A stretch of 45,599 nucleotides of DNA from a virus. Its lineage: Duplodnaviria > Heunggongvirae > Uroviricota > Caudoviricetes. The DNA is taken from positions 1-45,599 of IMG/VR virus record IMGVR_UViG_3300020594_000001; one strand, 5' to 3'. The notes beneath the pieces were generated by a model. The model was not told where the DNA came from and made no database searches. It worked only from the letters and a program-made list of their open reading frames with translations. A program made the translations under genes and the position numbers. Positions 41,007-45,599 of the stretch are shown one piece after another. Position 1 is the first letter of the stretch. Each line of letters starts with the position of its first letter.

Positions 41007-42542
41007 ATGGCCCAAACAGTCACGATCGCCCACAACGCCGTTACCGCAAAACTGGTCAATGCGCCCCAGAAAGCGCAACTTCTTGTGCAAGAGGCGCTTA
41101 GCTACATGAGCGCCGGCGCAGAACACACCCCCGCATTCAAATCGCACCGCTGGGACGGCAGATCAACCTTCTTTGACCACGGCACGCAGACTTTCCCGCG
41201 CGGTTTTGTCCAGTATGTGCACGTTGCGCTGACCAAAGCGGGCTTTCAGACGCGAATCGTCAAAAAACCGCTGCCCGAACCGCTTGGCCCGGTCAATCCC
41301 ATAGTCGACGAGTTTGGCAACGACGACCCACGCTACGACTATCAGATGAAAACGGTCGAGTTGCTGCTTCGCCACGGGCAAATGATCGCCCAGGTAGCAA
41401 CGGGCGGGGGTAAGAGCAAGATCGCCAAGCTGGCGACCGCACGCATCAACCGCCCTACCCTCTTTCTGACCACGCGAAGCGTGCTGCTGCACCAGATGGC
41501 AAAGCAGTTCAAGAAAATGGGCAAGAAAGTGGCGATTTTGGGCGATGGCACGCTCCAAGTCTCAAAGGAAGTCACCTGCGCGATGACCCAAAGCGTCGCA
41601 GCATGGCTCAAAGACCCTGATTTGAAGAAGACGCCCCCGGGCTCAGAGAGCTATGAGCGCCAAATTGCCAAGCAAAAAAAGATGTCTGAAATTCTGTCGC
41701 GCTTTGAGCTTGTAATTCTCGAAGAGGCGCACGAAGTCAGTGGCGAGAGCTTCTTTGAAATCATGAAGTGCTGCCACAACGCGCATTACCGCTTGGCACT
41801 CACCGCAACCCCCTTCATGAAAGAAGATGAAGAGGCAAACATGCGCCTCATGGCGTCTGCGGGCCATGTGGGCATCCAAATCAGCGAAAAGCTGCTGATC
41901 GACCGGGGCATTCTTGCCAAGCCCTACTTCAAGTATGTGAAGCTGCCCGTGCCCGCTGCTAAGCTGTATCGTTCGTCACCCTATGCGCGCGCGGTCGAAC
42001 TGGGCATCGTTGGCTACGACTATCGAAACAAGTGCGCTACCGCTGAAGCAATGCGCGCAGCGCGCCATGGCTTAACCACGATGGTGCTGGTCAATCGAAA
42101 AGAGCATGGTGAAAGACTGGAAGACCTCATGACCCGCGCAGGTCTGCGGGTTCGGTTCATTCAGGGCAAGAACGAGCAAAGGGAGCGCGAAAACGCACTT
42201 TCTGCGCTCGGGCGGGGCGAAGTTGACGTTCTGATTGGCACCACTATTCTGGACGTGGGGGTCGACGTGCCCTCGGTGGGGGTTGTCATTCTCGCGGGTG
42301 GGGGCAAAGCTGAGGTTGCGCTACGCCAGCGCATTGGGCGTGGCTTGCGCGCCAAAAAGTATGGCCCTAACGTCTCGCTGATCGTCGACTTCGCTGACGA
42401 ACTGAACAATCACCTTCGCAACCACTACATTACGCGCAAGACCTTGGTCGAGACTACCCCGGGGTTTGGCGAGAACATTGTCGACGATTTCAACTACGCT
42501 GCACTGGGTTTTACTTTGCAGCGTGTGGCCGCAAGTGTATAG
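41007..42542 (+). CDS. Superfamily 2 helicase
   Basis: Motif I ATGGGKS, motif II variant LEEAH, III LTATP, V DVGVDVP, VI QRIGRGLR. Confidence 0.92.
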   Translation: MAQTVTIAHNAVTAKLVNAPQKAQLLVQEALSYMSAGAEHTPAFKSHRWDGRSTFFDHGTQTFPRGFVQYVHVALTKAGFQTRIVKKPLPEPLGPVNPIVDEFGNDDPRYDYQMKTVELLLRHGQMIAQVATGGGKSKIAKLATARINRPTLFLTTRSVLLHQMAKQFKKMGKKVAILGDGTLQVSKEVTCAMTQSVAAWLKDPDLKKTPPGSESYERQIAKQKKMSEILSRFELVILEEAHEVSGESFFEIMKCCHNAHYRLALTATPFMKEDEEANMRLMASAGHVGIQISEKLLIDRGILAKPYFKYVKLPVPAAKLYRSSPYARAVELGIVGYDYRNKCATAEAMRAARHGLTTMVLVNRKEHGERLEDLMTRAGLRVRFIQGKNEQRERENALSALGRGEVDVLIGTTILDVGVDVPSVGVVILAGGGKAEVALRQRIGRGLRAKKYGPNVSLIVDFADELNNHLRNHYITRKTLVETTPGFGENIVDDFNYAALGFTLQRVAASV

Positions 42543-42554
42543 TGAGCACTTACT
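42541..42554. promoter_or_regulatory. Palindromic operator copy (AGTGAGCACTTACT)
   Basis: Consensus match at the helicase stop codon. Confidence 0.7.
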
Positions 42555-42573
42555 TCAACAAAGGACACGCGCC

Positions 42574-42831
42574 ATGCTCCACCGCTCCACGCACCCCACT
42601 CCACTGACGCTGCTATCGAATCTGGGCGTCATCGCCCTGATCGGTTTTGCGCTCTACGTTACCAGCAACCCCTTGGTGCTGCTTGCACTGATGGTGTTGC
42701 CCGCGCTGCCCTACGTGCCCGACGAGCTCAACGTGAGGGTTGCAGAGATACAGGCAAACGCAATTAGTGCTTTGGACGACGAAGAAAGCGACTACAAAGA
42801 AAGTCGAATAGGGTTCGTGCCGAAAGACTAA
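42574..42831 (+). CDS. Small membrane protein (85 aa; start MLHRSTH)
   Basis: AAGGA Shine-Dalgarno; two hydrophobic segments and an acidic tail. Confidence 0.68.
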   Translation: MLHRSTHPTPLTLLSNLGVIALIGFALYVTSNPLVLLALMVLPALPYVPDELNVRVAEIQANAISALDDEESDYKESRIGFVPKD

Positions 42832-42853
42832 GGGTTTAATCACTCGCGTGCAT

Positions 42854-42878
42854 GCCCTGCCCGGTCGCAGGGCTTTTT
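42854..42878 (+). terminator. Rho-independent terminator
   Basis: GCCCTGC-CCGGTC-GCAGGGC-TTTTT. Confidence 0.78.
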
Positions 42879-42891
42879 GATTTGGAGCTAC

Positions 42892-43641
42892 ATGGAACGA
42901 GACGACTTTGAGCTTACAGGGCAAGCGATCGGTGCGAAGATTTTGACCGCCTACCCCGCTACTGCGGCTTTTCAACCGCGTCGGGGTGATTGGCGTTACC
43001 TCGTCGCGCATTTTCTTGCTGCCAGCCTGGACGATCGCCAGTTTCTTGCGCTCTGCACAGTGGGAGGCGTGCCAGAAAGCGCTGTCAAGTCGACCTATCG
43101 GGAAGGGATAATACTTGGCTGGATGCTGTCAACTGACGCCCGCGCATCGACGATGGCATTGCCATACATCGATCAGCTTGTGGAGCACCTGGTTAAGAGG
43201 CCCACGTCCGCGCAGTTCACGGCACTGCAGAAAGCAGTCGACCAGGCACAAGAAAAAGACATGAGGGTTCGCGCACTACTCGACGCTGATCGTAAGACAG
43301 ATGGCTGGGTGCGCTGCAGTATCGAACTACCCCAAGGGCACCGAATAAACGACTCGCTCGCAGCGCCCTACTACTTTCTTCCCCCTCAAGCAACATTCTC
43401 GCCCGGTGACTTCGTTCATTCGAGCGCAATACGCGTGCACGACGACTACGGGCGCGAGCTCAACCTAGAGACTGACGTCGTGCCCCCGATCAACCCTGAC
43501 GATAAGGTTTTCTGGCACAAGGGGGTCGGTCCTAACTCGGTTGCGTTGCTGGCGGTGGTGAATGCGCCGACCTTCGGGGCTGATACTGGCGAAACTACAT
43601 CAGAAGACATGCAGCGAAATCCCCTCTTTGGAACTTGGTAA
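42892..43641 (+). CDS. Hypothetical protein (249 aa), C-terminus NPLFGTW
   Basis: GGAG Shine-Dalgarno before MERDDF. Confidence 0.8.
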   Translation: MERDDFELTGQAIGAKILTAYPATAAFQPRRGDWRYLVAHFLAASLDDRQFLALCTVGGVPESAVKSTYREGIILGWMLSTDARASTMALPYIDQLVEHLVKRPTSAQFTALQKAVDQAQEKDMRVRALLDADRKTDGWVRCSIELPQGHRINDSLAAPYYFLPPQATFSPGDFVHSSAIRVHDDYGRELNLETDVVPPINPDDKVFWHKGVGPNSVALLAVVNAPTFGADTGETTSEDMQRNPLFGTW

Positions 43642-43880
43642 TGGCACTGAATTCATACGCATTCGATGGCACCCCGATCCCGCGCAGCACCAGCAAGAAG
43701 CTCGCTGCGGGCTTGGAAAAGTTCTTGAGTAGCGGTGCATCTTCAACTGATGATCCACGCTATGGCGATACGCTGCAGGGCAAAACGGGAGTAATGATCG
43801 AGCAAGTCGAGCGCGAAGCTGCACAAGCGCGCGAGAAAGTAGCAAGCGCTGAAGCGAACCCTCTTTGGGGAACTTGGTGA
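43641..43880 (+). CDS. Hypothetical protein (79 aa), C-terminus NPLWGTW
   Basis: TAATG coupling. Confidence 0.75.
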   Translation: MALNSYAFDGTPIPRSTSKKLAAGLEKFLSSGASSTDDPRYGDTLQGKTGVMIEQVEREAAQAREKVASAEANPLWGTW

Positions 43881-44323
43881 GTGGTCCTATCCCGTCGTAT
43901 GGCGTGCGCTTTAAATCGCCCTTTGACCTGATAGAGTTTTACGAGGGCTCTATCGACGCCCCGGGCGCGGTTATCCACAAGATCGCTGGCGAGAATTGCA
44001 TTGACGTTCGTCTGCTTCGTGATGAAGCTAAATTCTCTACCTACGCGACATTGTTTCTCTCTGAAAGGAGCACCCCCTTACAAATCGCTCCCAACCCGAT
44101 ACTCAGCTTTTCTTTGCTCGACGAAGACGACTTCGATTCGGTCGCGAACGAGACGATAACTGCCATCGAGGTGCACAATCTGCCCGCAGTTGTTCACGAC
44201 AGCATTGACGGGTGGGTGCTTAAAATTTTCACCGGGTCGAGCGCACCATCGTCAACACACGTTGCGAAAAAGAAGTCTGTGCGCTTTGAGAGCGAAGCTG
44301 ACAAGCGCTGGGGAACGTGGTGA
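43877..44323 (+). CDS. Hypothetical protein (148 aa), C-terminus DKRWGTW
   Basis: GTGA coupling. Confidence 0.75.
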   Translation: MSGPIPSYGVRFKSPFDLIEFYEGSIDAPGAVIHKIAGENCIDVRLLRDEAKFSTYATLFLSERSTPLQIAPNPILSFSLLDEDDFDSVANETITAIEVHNLPAVVHDSIDGWVLKIFTGSSAPSSTHVAKKKSVRFESEADKRWGTW

Positions 44324-44724
44324 CCAAGCTCAACTCGTTCTTTCACGGGCGCTTCGATTCAGTGCACATCTACAAGGCTGACGGCATCATCTCCAAGAAA
44401 ATCGCTGGCTACGCGCTACCCCAAAATGTCAGCGTCAGCACTGGTAATTTGCTATCGGGAGAAGGCATATACGAATGCTCTGTATTTGTTCGTGATGACA
44501 AAGCGCTCGAACCCTTAACCGTGTTATTACCTAGCGATGATGATATCTGGGTCGAATTCGCCCTGGTCGAAGTCGCTGCATTTTTGCCCGAAAATGGGGG
44601 AACTCTTGAAATCTACGTCACCGAAGCGCAAATTCAAGAGTTCATTCCTCCAGAAAAACGATCATTGCGCGGTATGAACGACACCCCAATAAGCGAGGGT
44701 CGCCCGCTGTATGGAACTTGGTGA
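44320..44724 (+). CDS. Hypothetical protein (134 aa), C-terminus RPLYGTW
   Basis: GTGA coupling. Confidence 0.75.
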   Translation: MTKLNSFFHGRFDSVHIYKADGIISKKIAGYALPQNVSVSTGNLLSGEGIYECSVFVRDDKALEPLTVLLPSDDDIWVEFALVEVAAFLPENGGTLEIYVTEAQIQEFIPPEKRSLRGMNDTPISEGRPLYGTW

Positions 44725-44758
44725 TTGAAAACGCTTTTATTTTGTTTTAATCTATAAT
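44725..44758 (+). promoter_or_regulatory. Sigma70-like promoter for the RHH gene
   Basis: TTGAAA (44725-44730), 17-bp spacer, TAATCT (44748-44753); an additional TATAAT at 44753-44758. Confidence 0.55.
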
Positions 44759-44789
44759 CACCAAACCCCATTTTCCAGGCACCTCCCCC

Positions 44790-45065
44790 ATGAAAGTCAT
44801 TCGGTCTAACGTTGCACTGCTCGAAGAGTCGATTGAGCGACTCGATTCACTCGCTCAAAGCTCAGGAGTCTCGCGCAACAAGTTCTTCGAGTGCGTATCG
44901 CTCATGACTGAAGCGCAAGCAAAAGCGATCGTCAAAGCGCATCTGAGCGCGGTCGACGCTGCTTATAAAGAGAAGAACCAGAAAGCGACTGCTGAACGTC
45001 GTGCGGGTCGCGAACTGCTTAGCAAGCTCAGTGAAAAAGAAATCAAAGCAATCATGAAGCGCTGA
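44790..45065 (+). CDS. Ribbon-helix-helix (CopG/Arc-like) DNA-binding protein with a helical C-terminal extension
   Basis: Beta strand IRSNVAL, helix EESIERLDSLAQSSG, helix VSRNKFFECV. Confidence 0.68.
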   Translation: MKVIRSNVALLEESIERLDSLAQSSGVSRNKFFECVSLMTEAQAKAIVKAHLSAVDAAYKEKNQKATAERRAGRELLSKLSEKEIKAIMKR

Positions 45066-45103
45066 GCGACGCCCGACAGGGCGGCGCGCGGGGCGCGCGA
45101 CTG

Positions 45104-45338
45104 AGATATAAGGATAGGCGCATCTTTCTGGGTGCGCTTTTTTCTTGGGCGCTGGGTCTTTGGCCAAATATAAGGATCGAATTGCTCGGGGTCTGGGGAT
45201 TTTGGCGATGGGTGCTTGGCTAAATATAAGGATCAATTCTGAAGCGCCCCCTATGCCTATACACCTGTGTGAAATATAAGGATGAATTCAAATCGGACAA
45301 TGATCTATATGGGAATGGGAAAATATAAGGATGAATTC
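45104..45338 (+). repeat. Five direct repeats with core ATATAAGGAT (consensus AAATATAAGGATSAATTC)
   Basis: Cores at 45106, 45168, 45224, 45274 and 45323 (spacing 62, 56, 50, 49 bp). Confidence 0.88.
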
Positions 45339-45599
45339 AAAAATCGGAAAAACGGCGTGAGGCCCATCCCGCAGACAGCGCGCCGCATCTAAGGGGTATC
45401 ACCCTCCGGGCAAACACGTCCGGGGCGGGACCGGGGGCAAGCGCCCGGGGGTCAGCGCCCCGGGCGCGTGTGCTGCCCTATAGTTCCATGCTCAGCTGCC
45501 CTATGCTTGCGTCATGAACATCGTTACACCATGATTCCATTTCGAGTGCAAAGTCAGTATTCGGGTTAGTTGCTTTACGTGCTGGCGCTTGCGTAGCGG

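Larger units (their letters stand above)
596..45599. mobile_element. Integrated temperate phage (siphovirus morphogenesis genes, SSU5/pHCM2 phage-plasmid-like gene order); extends beyond the right edge
   Basis: tRNA-fragment att site and a GC drop at the left boundary. Complete head, tail, lysis and replication gene sets with no visible frameshifts. The family assignment is from recalled gene order only. Confidence 0.85.

Noticed and set aside
45104-45338. CRISPR array
   Set aside because: The repeat core is only 10-18 bp, the period varies from 49 to 62 bp, flanks are degenerate, and no cas genes are present in the window.

Overview
The first ~600 bp are high-GC host chromosome: the end of one host gene and a tRNA terminator. 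They are followed by the 3' half of a tRNA-Val(TAC) gene (596-643), which marks an attachment junction. The rest of the window (644-45599) is one end of a large, apparently intact temperate siphovirus-type prophage that continues past the right edge. Reading left to right on the minus strand, it carries a replication operon (ATP-dependent ligase, primase, DnaB-like helicase, an Hfq/Sm-like protein), PhoH, a lysis cassette, two tail fibres with chaperones, lambda-like tail tip genes (J, I, K, L, M), tape measure, tail/neck/head genes, portal and terminase. Next come a winged-helix regulator and a ParB-ParB-ABC ATPase-thioredoxin-GNAT module. A plus-strand block follows, with an SF2 helicase, four proteins all ending in GTW, a ribbon-helix-helix protein and a repeat array. 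From memory, the gene order resembles SSU5/pHCM2-like phage-plasmids, but this copy appears chromosomally integrated; no database search was run. The strongest leads are: the four GTW-tailed proteins; an Hfq-like protein lacking the distal and rim RNA-binding residues; a Hint domain with Gly at +1 at the start of tail-tip J; a 13-copy palindromic operator network; an ~85-bp element present twice in inverted orientation, bracketing the virion module; and the candidate DNA-modification module beside the terminase. Several start codons were moved relative to the ORF track using Shine-Dalgarno and stop/start overlap evidence.
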